The notes beneath the pieces are model-generated. The model ran no database searches, was not told the origin of the DNA, and was given only the letters and a program-made list of their open reading frames with translations. This document shows, piece after piece, positions 26,069 to 36,212 of a stretch of 64,000 nt of DNA. Source of the DNA: Rhodothermales bacterium (GTDB lineage: Bacteria; Bacteroidota; Rhodothermia; Rhodothermales; VXPQ01); the NCBI GenBank assembly GCA_040904565.1, contig JBBDTI010000054.1, positions 32,001 through 96,000 of the forward strand, in the 5' to 3' direction. The number at the start of each line of letters is the position of its first letter. The first letter of the stretch is position 1. Made by a program: the position numbers and the translations under genes.

Positions 26069-28642
26069 CTACTCACCGCCCTCTTCACCTTCTTCCGCCT
26101 CGACGGCCTGATTGATGCCCTCGAGAATGACGGCCTGCTTTTCGGCGTTCTCCACGCTGCCGAGGTAGGTGGACAGCGTGGCGAGCGCGTCTTCCGTTCC
26201 GATCGCAGCGATGCGGCTGACGGTGAAGGAGAGGATGCGTGGGAGCTGGGCGGCGAGAGCCACGTCCATCGCCCTGTTCAGGTCGGTCGGGACGACCGGT
26301 TCCATGGCATACCAGGTCATGAGGGGAAGATTGCGATCGCCCGCATCTTCCGCCCGCCGGGTAAGCCCCTCGAGCACGTCCCATCTATTTTCCGGTTCCG
26401 TTCGCTGCAGTGCGCTGGCGAGGTAGAGACGCACGAGCGACGAGGGATCGTCCACCGCCATCTGCTCGAAGCGGGCCAGGGCGGACTGCGGCACGTCCCG
26501 GTCTTCGGCGAGCAGCTGAATGGCCCAGCTGCGGAGATGCTCGCTCTCGTGATCGAGCAGTTCGACGAGATCCTGATCCTCGAGTCCGTCCGTCACGTGC
26601 AGCGTCCAGAGCGCGCGCAGCTTGCGCGTGACGTCCGGGTTGTCGTTCAGCATGGCCCACAGCGCATCGTGCACCCCGGCGTCCGCTCCGCGCTCCTGCA
26701 GGAGGAGCCGCGAGCGCCGTACGTACCATTCGTTCTGATGCAGCTGCAGCTCGGCGAGCTCCGCCGACGAGCGTTCCGCCAGATTCACGTCCACCCATTC
26801 GTCATTTTCATGCGTGATTTTAAAGATCCTCCCCGTCGAGTGGTCGTGGCTCTCCGGGTTGCCGTGGTGGCACTGGTTGACGTCGTACCAGTCGATCGTG
26901 TAGACCGAGCCATCCGGACCGTACTGCAGGTCGAGCATCTGCGAGTAGCTGTCGTTGGCCAGCAGGAAGTCGGGGCCGTGGCGGCCGACGTATCCCGATC
27001 CGTCGCGCTCCAGGATGTCCGTGTTGGCCCGGAAGCCGTGCACGTTGTTCATGAAAAGCCGGCCGTGAAATTCGTCGGGCCAGGAGTCACCGAAATAGAA
27101 CATCGCTCCGGCATGGGCGTGTCCGCCGCCGGCCGCGCCGGAGCGGCGATTGCCCGCGTGCGGTCCGCGGTTTCCCACCCAGTGGACGTGGTCGCCGGTG
27201 TGATCGAGGTCGTCGTATACGTAGGGATTAAAGTGTTCCCCGGCCTGACGCATGATACGCGCTCCCTGGATCGCATGATGTAGATGAGGGATGACGCAGG
27301 CGGTCATGAAGCCGTGCCCGTATTCGTTCCAGTCGATGCCCCAGGGGTTGCTCGTACCGTAGGTGAACACCTCGAACTCGTGGCTGGTGGGGTGGAAGCG
27401 CCAGGTTCCGGCATTGAGCTTTACGCGCTCCTCTTCCGGCGTGCCCGGGGCGCCCACATTGGAATGGGTAAAGACGCCGTGCGTGCCGTAGAGCCATCCG
27501 TCCGGTCCCCATGAGAAGGAATTCAACGTTTCGTGCGTGTCGTGATACCCCCATCCGTCGAGGAGGATTTCCGGCTCACCCGCCGGCCGGTCGCCCGATG
27601 CGTCGATCGGAATGTACATGAGGTAGGGGGCGGCACCGACCCAGACGCCTCCCAGGCCAACCTCGAGGCCGCTTATGAGGTTAAGCCCTTCCGTGAACAC
27701 CTTTCGGCTGTCCAGCGAACCGTCGCCGTCGGTATCTTCGAAGATGAGGATGCGGTCGCGGCCTTCGCCTTCTTCCGCGCGCACGGGGTAGGTATGGGCT
27801 TCGGCGATCCAGACGCGGCCTCGCTCATCCAGCGCCATCGCGATGGGATTGATCACGTCCGGCTCGGCGGCCGCGAGCTGGGCGCTAAATCCGTCGGGAA
27901 GATCCATGGCCGCGGCGGCCTGTTCGCCGGTTAGTCCGGCGTGGACGACCTCATCCCACGCCGGGAGTGCAGAGACCTCCGAAGACTGAATTTCGTTCGG
28001 GAAGGACGGCCGTTCCGCGTGGAAGCGGAAGTGATCGAAGCTGATGTGGGCGAATGGGTTTTCTCGGATGTACATGGCCGTGGAAGCACCCGCATCCGCG
28101 TCGACGAGGCGGATGAAGATCCGGTCGCCGACGTGATCGCTCAGATCGGCCACGACGGGGCGAAGTTCAAACGAGTTCGTGCCGCTCATCGAAAAAACGA
28201 CTTCAGCGCCGTCCGTCAGAACGAGTTCCGCCCGGGTACTTTCGAATGCCCCGCCGGCGAGCAGGAAGCTCGCATACGGTTCCGTGACCTCGAACGCTAC
28301 CGACGTAAGCTCGCCCTGTCCGCTCGGGCCGTGCGCGAGGACGGAACTCACCCAGTAGTCGCCCTCGTGACCGCTCCGTGCGTCCTCTTCGCGCTCCGCG
28401 ACGATCTCGGCCTCACGCGAGGCGTACACGTCGCCCTGAACGGGCTGGCCTTCGAAGGCATCGCCGTCGGCCGTCCAGTCGGCCAGCGTGCCGGCCTCGA
28501 AATCGAGGTTGAGTGTGCGTCCGGCGTCATCCGTAGGGGCTACACCTGCATCCTGGGCCGCGGCGGGGGCGGCCGCGAGCAGGATGCAGGTCAGAACGAA
28601 AAGAAATACCTGCGGGAGAGACGTGTGCGTTGACATGATCAT
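26069..28642 (-). CDS. PVC-type membrane-bound dehydrogenase domain protein with HEAT repeats and no cytochrome c domain
   Basis: Signal peptide, DFEAGTLADW domain, LPDGF..QLAAAEP, DTHETLNSF.WGPDGWLYG, GTSNPWG, GGGHAH, DWYD.NQCH, RALWTL. No CxxCH. Confidence 0.85.
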   Translation of the reverse strand: MIMSTHTSLPQVFLFVLTCILLAAAPAAAQDAGVAPTDDAGRTLNLDFEAGTLADWTADGDAFEGQPVQGDVYASREAEIVAEREEDARSGHEGDYWVSSVLAHGPSGQGELTSVAFEVTEPYASFLLAGGAFESTRAELVLTDGAEVVFSMSGTNSFELRPVVADLSDHVGDRIFIRLVDADAGASTAMYIRENPFAHISFDHFRFHAERPSFPNEIQSSEVSALPAWDEVVHAGLTGEQAAAAMDLPDGFSAQLAAAEPDVINPIAMALDERGRVWIAEAHTYPVRAEEGEGRDRILIFEDTDGDGSLDSRKVFTEGLNLISGLEVGLGGVWVGAAPYLMYIPIDASGDRPAGEPEILLDGWGYHDTHETLNSFSWGPDGWLYGTHGVFTHSNVGAPGTPEEERVKLNAGTWRFHPTSHEFEVFTYGTSNPWGIDWNEYGHGFMTACVIPHLHHAIQGARIMRQAGEHFNPYVYDDLDHTGDHVHWVGNRGPHAGNRRSGAAGGGHAHAGAMFYFGDSWPDEFHGRLFMNNVHGFRANTDILERDGSGYVGRHGPDFLLANDSYSQMLDLQYGPDGSVYTIDWYDVNQCHHGNPESHDHSTGRIFKITHENDEWVDVNLAERSSAELAELQLHQNEWYVRRSRLLLQERGADAGVHDALWAMLNDNPDVTRKLRALWTLHVTDGLEDQDLVELLDHESEHLRSWAIQLLAEDRDVPQSALARFEQMAVDDPSSLVRLYLASALQRTEPENRWDVLEGLTRRAEDAGDRNLPLMTWYAMEPVVPTDLNRAMDVALAAQLPRILSFTVSRIAAIGTEDALATLSTYLGSVENAEKQAVILEGINQAVEAEEGEEGGE

Positions 28643-28648
28643 TGCGAT

Positions 28649-29896
28649 TTAGTTTGCGTCTGAGAGCAATTGGGGTTGGGCATCCTCCCATTCCGAAGCG
28701 CTTACCATGCGCGTCTGGTGGTGGAAAACGAACGCCCCCTTCTTATTGACGACCAGGATGTCGGGCAGCCCGTCGTCATTGAAATGGCCGATCGTTACGT
28801 CGACGCCGACGCCGGAGTCGTCGTCGATCAGGTAGGGGATGAAGGACACGTCGCCGTCTTCAGAGCGGTCCAGCTTGAACCAGTAGAGGACGGCCGGCGC
28901 CTGTGATTCGGGGTCGCCGTGATCGCCGTGCGCGTACCAGCGCTTTCCGGTCACGATATCCAGGAGTCCGTCTCCGTCGATGTCGGCGACTTTCAGGGCG
29001 TGCGGCTGCGTGAATCGCACGCCATATGGACTGTCCTCGATCTCTTCACCCATGATGAGGTGTCGTTCGAACGTACCGTCCGGCAGCTGTTCGAACCAGG
29101 CCAGGCCGTATCCATGGGCCTCCAGGCTCGTGATGACGTCGTTCCGTCCATCTCCGTTCACGTCGTAGGCGTGCATGTGGGCACCGCCGGGTCCGAAGTC
29201 GACCTCGTGGTAGGTCCATAGGTCGTCCGAATCGAAGCCGGGATTCTCCCACCAGCCTTCGGCCAGGATCAGATCCGGCAGTCCGTCCCCGTCGACGTCG
29301 CCCGTGCCGAGGCCGTGCGTATAGCGGCCCCACTCGTGCTGCTCCGTCACGGGATGGAACGTCCATTCGTCGGTTGGACGATCGGGGTCGAAGGTCGTGT
29401 ACCCCATGTATCCGTCGGCCAGGTGGACGATCTCGGGCCGCCCGTCACCCGTGAAATCCTCGATATGCACCGATTCGTCATCGATCGTAGGATAGGCCAG
29501 ATGCCGCTCCCAGTGCCCGCCGTCATCCTGCGGATTCTCGTACCAGTACGCTGCCTCTCCGGGAAATCCGATCACGAGGATGTCGTTACGTCCGTCGCCG
29601 TTGAAATCGTAGACGTGCGCGAAAAACTTGTCGGAGTACTCCAGCACATCGAAGACGGTCGGTTCGATGAATTCGTGCCGCTCCTGGAAGTCGGGCCCCG
29701 CGTACCAGAACGGGCCGACCACCACATCCGGCGTGCCGTCGCCGTCGACGTCGCCGATGGCCCCGCCTTCCGCATAGAAGACGTCGGAGAGCTGGGTGCG
29801 CTCGAATTCGTGCACGGTCCGGTCTTCCGGACCGAACAGCAGATACCCCGAGGCGACGAGGATGATGGCTGCGGCGGCTACGTAGATCTTTTTCAT
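28649..29896 (-). CDS. FG-GAP/VCBS repeat beta-propeller, exported
   Basis: Repeated D(V/F/I)(D/N)GDGxxD motifs, TGKRW.AH, N-terminal hydrophobic leader. Confidence 0.88.
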   Translation of the reverse strand: MKKIYVAAAAIILVASGYLLFGPEDRTVHEFERTQLSDVFYAEGGAIGDVDGDGTPDVVVGPFWYAGPDFQERHEFIEPTVFDVLEYSDKFFAHVYDFNGDGRNDILVIGFPGEAAYWYENPQDDGGHWERHLAYPTIDDESVHIEDFTGDGRPEIVHLADGYMGYTTFDPDRPTDEWTFHPVTEQHEWGRYTHGLGTGDVDGDGLPDLILAEGWWENPGFDSDDLWTYHEVDFGPGGAHMHAYDVNGDGRNDVITSLEAHGYGLAWFEQLPDGTFERHLIMGEEIEDSPYGVRFTQPHALKVADIDGDGLLDIVTGKRWYAHGDHGDPESQAPAVLYWFKLDRSEDGDVSFIPYLIDDDSGVGVDVTIGHFNDDGLPDILVVNKKGAFVFHHQTRMVSASEWEDAQPQLLSDAN

Positions 29897-29900
29897 GGCT

Positions 29901-32741
29901 TCAGTCTCGGTTGACGAGCTCGTTGATTCCGTTCAATATGGCACGCCGCTGCTCCTGCGTATCGGCCTGCGACAGACGGCCCGACAGGGTCTGCAGGGCC
30001 TGCTGCGATCCGATTGCCGCGATGCGGCGGATCGTAAATTCAAGAATGTTCGGCAGCTCCGAGGCGAGGGCCACGTCGAGCGCCCGGCCCATATCGAGGG
30101 GCACGGTGGGCTCCGTGGCATACCAGACCATCAGAGGTTGGTTGTGGTCATCGGCGTCCTCGGAACGGAGGTGCAGTTCTTCAAGAACGGTCCACCGGCG
30201 ATCCGGTTCGATGCGCTGCAGTGCGGCGGCGACGTGGAGCCGTACCATGGCCGACTCGTCGTGGGCGGCCAGGCGAGTGAGAGCAGACATCGCGGCGTCC
30301 GAAATCTCACGGTCTTCAGCCAGCAGCTGAACGGCCCAGCTCCGGACGTATTCGTTTTCATGTGAGAGATACTCCACCAGCGCCGCGTCGGTGAGTCCGC
30401 CCGTGACGTGGAGAGCCCAGAGCCCGCGCAGCTGGTGTGCGGGCTCTGCTTCGTTGTCGATCAGGTCGTTCAGGGCGTCGTGGACGATTTCGTCGGCTCC
30501 CCGCTCTTGAAGAATACGCTGCGCGTGTCGGACGTACCACTCGTTATCGTGCGTCAGCAGGTCCACGAGCTCGGCGGAGGTCCGCTCCTGCACATTCACC
30601 CGCACGAACCGGTCGTTTTCGTGGCTGATCTTGAAGATGCGGCCCAGCGACTTTTCGTGGACGTCGGGATTCGGGCTGTGGCACTGGTTCTTGTCGTACC
30701 AGTCTATCGCGTGGACCGACCCGCCGGGTCCGTAGCGCAGGTTCAGCATCTGCGACCAGGCATCGTTAGCCATTAGAAAATCGTCTCCGTGGGTTGCGCG
30801 GTAGCCTGATCCGTCTCTCTCGAGAACGTCCGCGTTCACGCGGTACCCGTGGATGTTATTCATCAGGATCCGCGACCGGTACGTATCCGGCCAGCTTCCG
30901 CCCTGGTAGATCATGGCCCCTGCGTGCGCGTGCCCACCGCCTCCGCCGCGTCGGCTTCCGGCGGCCCAGCCCTTATCACCCACCCAGTGCACGTGGTCGG
31001 CGATCGTCTCGATGTCGTCGTACGTATATGGATTAAAGTGTTCGCCGGCCTGTCTGAAATAGCGGGCGCCCTGAACGACGTGGTATAGATGGGGGATGAC
31101 GCAGGCCGTGATAAACGGCTGTCCGTACTCGTTCCAATCGAGGCCCCACGGGTTGCTCGTTCCGTGCGCGTAGACCTCGAATTCGTGACGCGTGGGATGA
31201 TAGCGCCAGACCCCGGCGTTGAGGGGTGTGCGAAGCGAGTCGGGCGTTCCCGGTTCACCTACGTTCGAGTGCGTGAAGACGCCTTGCGTGCCGTAGAGCC
31301 ATCCATCCGGACTCCAGCGAAACGAATTAAGGGTCTCGTGCGTGTCGTGATATCCCCATCCATCAAGCAGGATCTCCGGCTCGCCGGCGGGCCGATCGCC
31401 GGAGGCATCGATCGGGATATACATCAAGTAGGGTGCTGCGCCGACCCACACGCCGTCGAACCCCACTTCGATGCCGCTGACGAGGTTGAGTCCCTCGACG
31501 AACACCTTCCGGCTATTTAGTGTGCCGTCGCCGTTCGTATCCTCGAAGATGAGGATGCGATCCTGCCCTTCACCGTCCGGCGCCCTGCGGGGATACGTAC
31601 GTCCTTCCGCGACCCAGAGGCGGCCGCGGTCGTCGTACGTGAAGGCGATCGGGCGAACGACGTCGGGTTCTGAAGCGGCGACCTGTACGGAAAACCCCTC
31701 CGGAAGGTCCATGGCCTCGACGGCCTCCTCGGCGGAGAGTCCGGCGTGCTCGGGAAGCTGCAGGGCGGGAAGCGGCTCGGTCTCCTCGCGGGTCAGCTCG
31801 TTGGGAAAAGATGGCCTCGTTTCGTAGAAGCGGAACCGGTCGAAGCGGATATGAGCCCACTGGTGCGGATCGTGGAAGGGGTTGGACCGTTCCCCGGTCT
31901 CTTCGTCGACGATCTCGATGAAGATATCTTCTCCCATGTATTCGCTTACATCGACGACGACGGGGCGCAGGGACGCGCCGTCATGGCCCGATATGGAATA
32001 GAAGATCGTACCGTCGTCGGCGCGGCGAAGCTCTACGTGCGTGCCTTCGAACGCGCCTCCGGCGATGAGAAAGGCCGCGTACGGATGCGTGACTTCGAAG
32101 GGGGCGGACTGAAGGCGTCCGGTAGGCGCGCTCCCGGCCAGGGCGCCCGTATCGATCCAGTAGTCGCCGTCGTAATTGGAGGCCGGTTCGTGTTCATCGC
32201 TCGCCTCGATATCGACGGACGACACGGGCTGATCGTCGAAGGCCGTTCCGACCGCCGTCCAGTCCGCCAGCGTCCCGTCCTCAAAGTCGACGTTGATCGG
32301 AGGGGCCTGGCCCGGATCCTGCGCCACGTCGCCCGAGACGATCTCGAAGCGTCCTTCCATTCCGGCGGCCCGGTGGCCGGGAATCGTGCAGAAGTAAATG
32401 TCGTCGGCGACGGCCGTGAACGTGACGCTGGCGCGTTCGCCGACCTCGAGGACCTCGTCCGTCTTGACCCCCAGTTCTTCCATCTTCAGGTCGTGAACCA
32501 GCGTCTCGCCGTTCACGATCGTGATCCGGACGACCTCGCCTTCTTCAGCGGTAAGGACCGGATTGCGTACGCCGTCGATCTCACCACCGATGCCCGTGTA
32601 GCCGAGCATGGTGGATTCCAGTACGTATTCCCGGTCGATCTCGGATGCGTCGTCGAGATCCTGCGCGCTCACGATGGAGGTCGTCGGCAGCCACGAGAGC
32701 AGCACGGAAAGGAGAAGGCGCTGAAGACAACGAGCGTACAT
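29901..32741 (-). CDS. PVC-type dehydrogenase domain protein with N-terminal cupredoxin domain and HEAT repeats
   Basis: Start MYARCLQ with signal peptide; VHD...YFCTIPGHRAAGM type-1 copper ligands; then the same domains as 26069..28642. Confidence 0.87.
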   Translation of the reverse strand: MYARCLQRLLLSVLLSWLPTTSIVSAQDLDDASEIDREYVLESTMLGYTGIGGEIDGVRNPVLTAEEGEVVRITIVNGETLVHDLKMEELGVKTDEVLEVGERASVTFTAVADDIYFCTIPGHRAAGMEGRFEIVSGDVAQDPGQAPPINVDFEDGTLADWTAVGTAFDDQPVSSVDIEASDEHEPASNYDGDYWIDTGALAGSAPTGRLQSAPFEVTHPYAAFLIAGGAFEGTHVELRRADDGTIFYSISGHDGASLRPVVVDVSEYMGEDIFIEIVDEETGERSNPFHDPHQWAHIRFDRFRFYETRPSFPNELTREETEPLPALQLPEHAGLSAEEAVEAMDLPEGFSVQVAASEPDVVRPIAFTYDDRGRLWVAEGRTYPRRAPDGEGQDRILIFEDTNGDGTLNSRKVFVEGLNLVSGIEVGFDGVWVGAAPYLMYIPIDASGDRPAGEPEILLDGWGYHDTHETLNSFRWSPDGWLYGTQGVFTHSNVGEPGTPDSLRTPLNAGVWRYHPTRHEFEVYAHGTSNPWGLDWNEYGQPFITACVIPHLYHVVQGARYFRQAGEHFNPYTYDDIETIADHVHWVGDKGWAAGSRRGGGGGHAHAGAMIYQGGSWPDTYRSRILMNNIHGYRVNADVLERDGSGYRATHGDDFLMANDAWSQMLNLRYGPGGSVHAIDWYDKNQCHSPNPDVHEKSLGRIFKISHENDRFVRVNVQERTSAELVDLLTHDNEWYVRHAQRILQERGADEIVHDALNDLIDNEAEPAHQLRGLWALHVTGGLTDAALVEYLSHENEYVRSWAVQLLAEDREISDAAMSALTRLAAHDESAMVRLHVAAALQRIEPDRRWTVLEELHLRSEDADDHNQPLMVWYATEPTVPLDMGRALDVALASELPNILEFTIRRIAAIGSQQALQTLSGRLSQADTQEQRRAILNGINELVNRD

Positions 32742-33120
32742 CGGCGGGCAGTAGAGAAGGATATATAACTTGGAAAGCGAACAGGACCTGGAAGCCGGGT
32801 GGACGAGGAACACCGTCCCGCATCTAGGCCGCAGCAGCCGACCCACAATATACACGCGATGTGTCGACTTATGAAGGGTGGAGTCAAATGGAGCGCTCGT
32901 GCTCGAGCCAGGGCCTGTCTCGGCGCGGATGCGGAGCGGCTCTTGCCGTCCGGCTGGTGCCGCGCCGCATCCGTACCAACCGTTCTGCTGGTGCCGCATC
33001 GCATTGGCACGAACCGTTTGGTTATCTTATCGCGGCCGGCACGTCCAAAGAAAAGGCTGTGGACAGGGGCGGGGTAGTTCCGGCAAATGAAAGATTGCCC
33101 GAACAACTAGTCCGAGGTGC

Positions 33121-34656
33121 GTGATGTACAGCTTTCTCAGATCGGCCCTGCACGCAGCGCTCACCGCACTGTTACTCTTGACGGCCGGATGTGCCGGCGA
33201 GACGGACGACCCGGTCCGCATGCTGACCGGTGGCATCCGTCACGAGTCGAATACGTTCATCCCCATTCATACGACGGAAGCGGACTTTACGATACGTCGC
33301 GGCGTCGATGCGCTCGAGGACCAGCCGTGGGCCGTCTACCTCCAGGAGGAGGACGTCGACGTCGTTCCCACCGTTCACGCGTACGCATCGCCGTTCGGCG
33401 TCGTGGCGGCGGAGACCTACGAGCGGTTCAAACAAGAAATTCTGGACGGTCTTCGCGAGGCCGGGACGGTGGACGCCGTGTACCTCGACATGCACGGCGC
33501 GCTCCACGTGGAGGGGTACGACGATGCACAGCTCGACCTGGTGCGGTCCGTTCGCGAGCTCGCCGGGCCGGCTGCGCTGATTGGCGCGAGCTTCGATCTA
33601 CACGGTAACCTGTCCGCCTCGTTCGTCGACGAACTCGATATGATGACCGCCTACCGCACGGCGCCGCACGTCGATGGGGACGAAACGCGTGTCCGCGCCG
33701 TAAGGCGGCTGCTCGAGGCGGTCCGCGAGGGTCTGCGTCCCGTCATCGCGCACGTCAACGTGCCGATTCTTATCCCCGGTGAGAAGGGTATCACGTCGGT
33801 CGAGCCGCTCAAGTCGCTCTACGAGCAGCTGCCCGAGATAGAAGGCAGGGAAGGACTTGTGGATGCCTCGATCTTCGTCGGCATGCCGTGGACCGACGTG
33901 CACCGTGCGGGGATGAGCGTCCAGGTCGTCGCGGAAGGCGAGCGGTACCGGGGCGCGGCCGAAGAAGAGGCGCGTCGTCTGGCCGAGGCCTTATGGGATC
34001 GCCGGCACGAGCTCAAATTTGACGTGCCGACGGCCGGCATCGATGAAGCGATCCGGATTGCCCTGAATGCACCCGAATCCACCGTGTTCATTACGGACTC
34101 GGGCGATAACACTACGGCCGGTGCCGCCGGCGACAACCCGCTCGTGGTCGAGCGGCTCCTCGCCCACGGAGTCGACGATGCGGTCGTTGCCGGTGTCGTG
34201 GATCCGCAGGCCGTCCAACAGTGCGAAGAAGCCGGCGTAGGCGCGAGCGTGAACCTGGTCGTCGGAGGCCGTCTTGATACGGTATTCGGTGAGCCGTTGG
34301 AGGTCACCGGTACCGTGAGATACGTGACGCCGCCCGATGCGCGCAGCGGCGAGCCTGGACCGCTTGAAGTGCGCCCCGCCGTGGTCGACCTCGGCGGCGT
34401 ACTGCTCGTGCTGCTGAATCGCCGGCGCTCGTTTACGAGTCCGGCGGACTTCGAGGCGGTGAACATCAATCCCCTCGATCACAAGATCGTCGTCGTCAAG
34501 CTGGGATATCTGTTTCAGGGGCTGCGCGACATCGCCCCCCGGACGATCATGGCGTTGACGCCGGGTTTTGCCTACCAGGTGGTCGAGAACCTACCGTACG
34601 AGCAGGTACGTAGGCCGATCTATCCGCTCGATCCGGACATGACGTGGGCCCCTTAG
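33121..34656 (+). CDS. M81 family metallopeptidase (MlrC-like) lipoprotein
   Basis: Lipobox TAGC, HESNTF, DMHGA, DLHGN, YRTAPHVD, DSGDN, VVKLGY. Confidence 0.9.
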   Translation: MMYSFLRSALHAALTALLLLTAGCAGETDDPVRMLTGGIRHESNTFIPIHTTEADFTIRRGVDALEDQPWAVYLQEEDVDVVPTVHAYASPFGVVAAETYERFKQEILDGLREAGTVDAVYLDMHGALHVEGYDDAQLDLVRSVRELAGPAALIGASFDLHGNLSASFVDELDMMTAYRTAPHVDGDETRVRAVRRLLEAVREGLRPVIAHVNVPILIPGEKGITSVEPLKSLYEQLPEIEGREGLVDASIFVGMPWTDVHRAGMSVQVVAEGERYRGAAEEEARRLAEALWDRRHELKFDVPTAGIDEAIRIALNAPESTVFITDSGDNTTAGAAGDNPLVVERLLAHGVDDAVVAGVVDPQAVQQCEEAGVGASVNLVVGGRLDTVFGEPLEVTGTVRYVTPPDARSGEPGPLEVRPAVVDLGGVLLVLLNRRRSFTSPADFEAVNINPLDHKIVVVKLGYLFQGLRDIAPRTIMALTPGFAYQVVENLPYEQVRRPIYPLDPDMTWAP

Positions 34657-34670
34657 CGGGGCACGCGCCG

Positions 34671-36206
34671 CTATGCGGCCCGGTCCCTCCGGGCCGAATA
34701 AACCGCCCACACCCACAATGCGATGCAAAGCACGCCCAGCGCGGCCGCGACGGGGCGTCCGAAGAAGGCGAGCGGGTCGCCGCCGGCGGAGGTCAGGATC
34801 TGAATGAACCGTTCTTCGAGCGGCGCGCCGAGAATGATGCCCAGGACGACGGGTCCGAGCGGAACGTCCATCCGCTCGAGCCCGAATCCGAGGAGCCCCA
34901 TGCCCAGCATGACGGCGACGTCGAAATTGCTGCTGTTGATGGCGTAAGCTCCGACGATGCAGAGCAGGAGGATGATCGGCATGAGGAGTTTCTGCGGTAC
35001 GCGCACGACGCGCGATCCCATCTTCACGGCGAGGAGTCCGACCGGCAGGAGCACCAGGTTCGCGACGATAAAGATCAGGTAGATGCTGTAGACGAGTCCG
35101 GCCTGCTCGAGGAAGATGTCCGGGCCCGGATTGACGTTCTTCATCAGAAGGACGCCGATCACGATGGCCGTGATCGAGTCGCCCGGAATGCCGAAAACGA
35201 GCGCGGGTATCCAGGTACCGGCCAGGGCGGAGGAATTTGCCGCCGTGGCATCCGAGATACCGTCGATGGAACCCTTACCGTAGGCCTCCGGCGTGTCGCT
35301 GGCTCGCTTGGATGCGGCGAGGGAGACCCACGACGCGATGTCGGCCCCGGCACCGGGCAGCATGCCCACGAACGAGCCGATGACGCCGGATCGGAAGGTA
35401 TGGCGAAGCCGTCTGCGAACGACCGAGAAGCCCGGCTTGATGACGTCCACGATAGGGCCGATCAGATAGCGTCGTACGTGGGAGCGTCCCCGCCGTGCCG
35501 TCGACGGCGGCGTCATGCCGCCCAGGCCGGTGCCCCCGACGAGATTGTTGAGCACCTCGGAGAGTCCGAACAGTCCGATCATGGCGGGAATGAAATTGAT
35601 GCCCTGATACAGCTCGGGCCGGCCGAACGTGAACCGGGCCTCCGTGTGTACGGCGCTGAGGCCGACGGTCGACAACAAGAGACCGATCAGCATGGCCAGC
35701 GAAGCCTTGCTGAGCGCGCCTCGGGAGACGACCACGGCGGAGCTCAGACCGAGCACGTAGAGCCAGAAATATTCGGCGATGCTGAAAAAGGTCGCGACGC
35801 GGGCGAGTTGATGACCGAGCGTCATGAGCACGACGGCTCCGAAGAGTCCGCCTGCGACACTCGAAACGAGCATCGTCCCGAGCGCGAGGTCCGACCGCCC
35901 TTCCCTGGTAAGCGCGTAGGCGTCGTCGACGTACGCCGCCGACGCCGGTGTACCGGGAATGCGCAGCAGCGTCGTGGGGAGGTCGCCGGCGAAGATGGCG
36001 CAGGCGACCATGGTAACGATGCCCGCGAGGGCGGGAATCGGATCCAGCCAGTACGTCAGCGGGATGAACAGCGCGACCGACATCGTGGCCGTCAGTCCGG
36101 GCATGGAACCCATGAAGACGCCGTAGAGCGCCGAGAAGAAGACGATCGCCAGGACCTCCGGACTGAGAACGACCTGCTGCAGGGCCTGAAGGAGGGCTTC
36201 ACTCAT
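34671..36206 (-). CDS. tctA: Tripartite tricarboxylate transporter large permease
   Basis: PGLTATM, IPGTPAS, LPGAGA, GIPGD signature motifs. Confidence 0.92.
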   Translation of the reverse strand: MSEALLQALQQVVLSPEVLAIVFFSALYGVFMGSMPGLTATMSVALFIPLTYWLDPIPALAGIVTMVACAIFAGDLPTTLLRIPGTPASAAYVDDAYALTREGRSDLALGTMLVSSVAGGLFGAVVLMTLGHQLARVATFFSIAEYFWLYVLGLSSAVVVSRGALSKASLAMLIGLLLSTVGLSAVHTEARFTFGRPELYQGINFIPAMIGLFGLSEVLNNLVGGTGLGGMTPPSTARRGRSHVRRYLIGPIVDVIKPGFSVVRRRLRHTFRSGVIGSFVGMLPGAGADIASWVSLAASKRASDTPEAYGKGSIDGISDATAANSSALAGTWIPALVFGIPGDSITAIVIGVLLMKNVNPGPDIFLEQAGLVYSIYLIFIVANLVLLPVGLLAVKMGSRVVRVPQKLLMPIILLLCIVGAYAINSSNFDVAVMLGMGLLGFGLERMDVPLGPVVLGIILGAPLEERFIQILTSAGGDPLAFFGRPVAAALGVLCIALWVWAVYSARRDRAA

Positions 36207-36212
36207 GCTCGT

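Noticed and set aside
26860-26890. NQCH as a heme c attachment site in the dehydrogenases
   Set aside because: Only one Cys is present; it is not CxxCH.
33121-34656. Microcystin degradation cluster
   Set aside because: No mlrA, mlrB or mlrD nearby; the M81 family is widespread.
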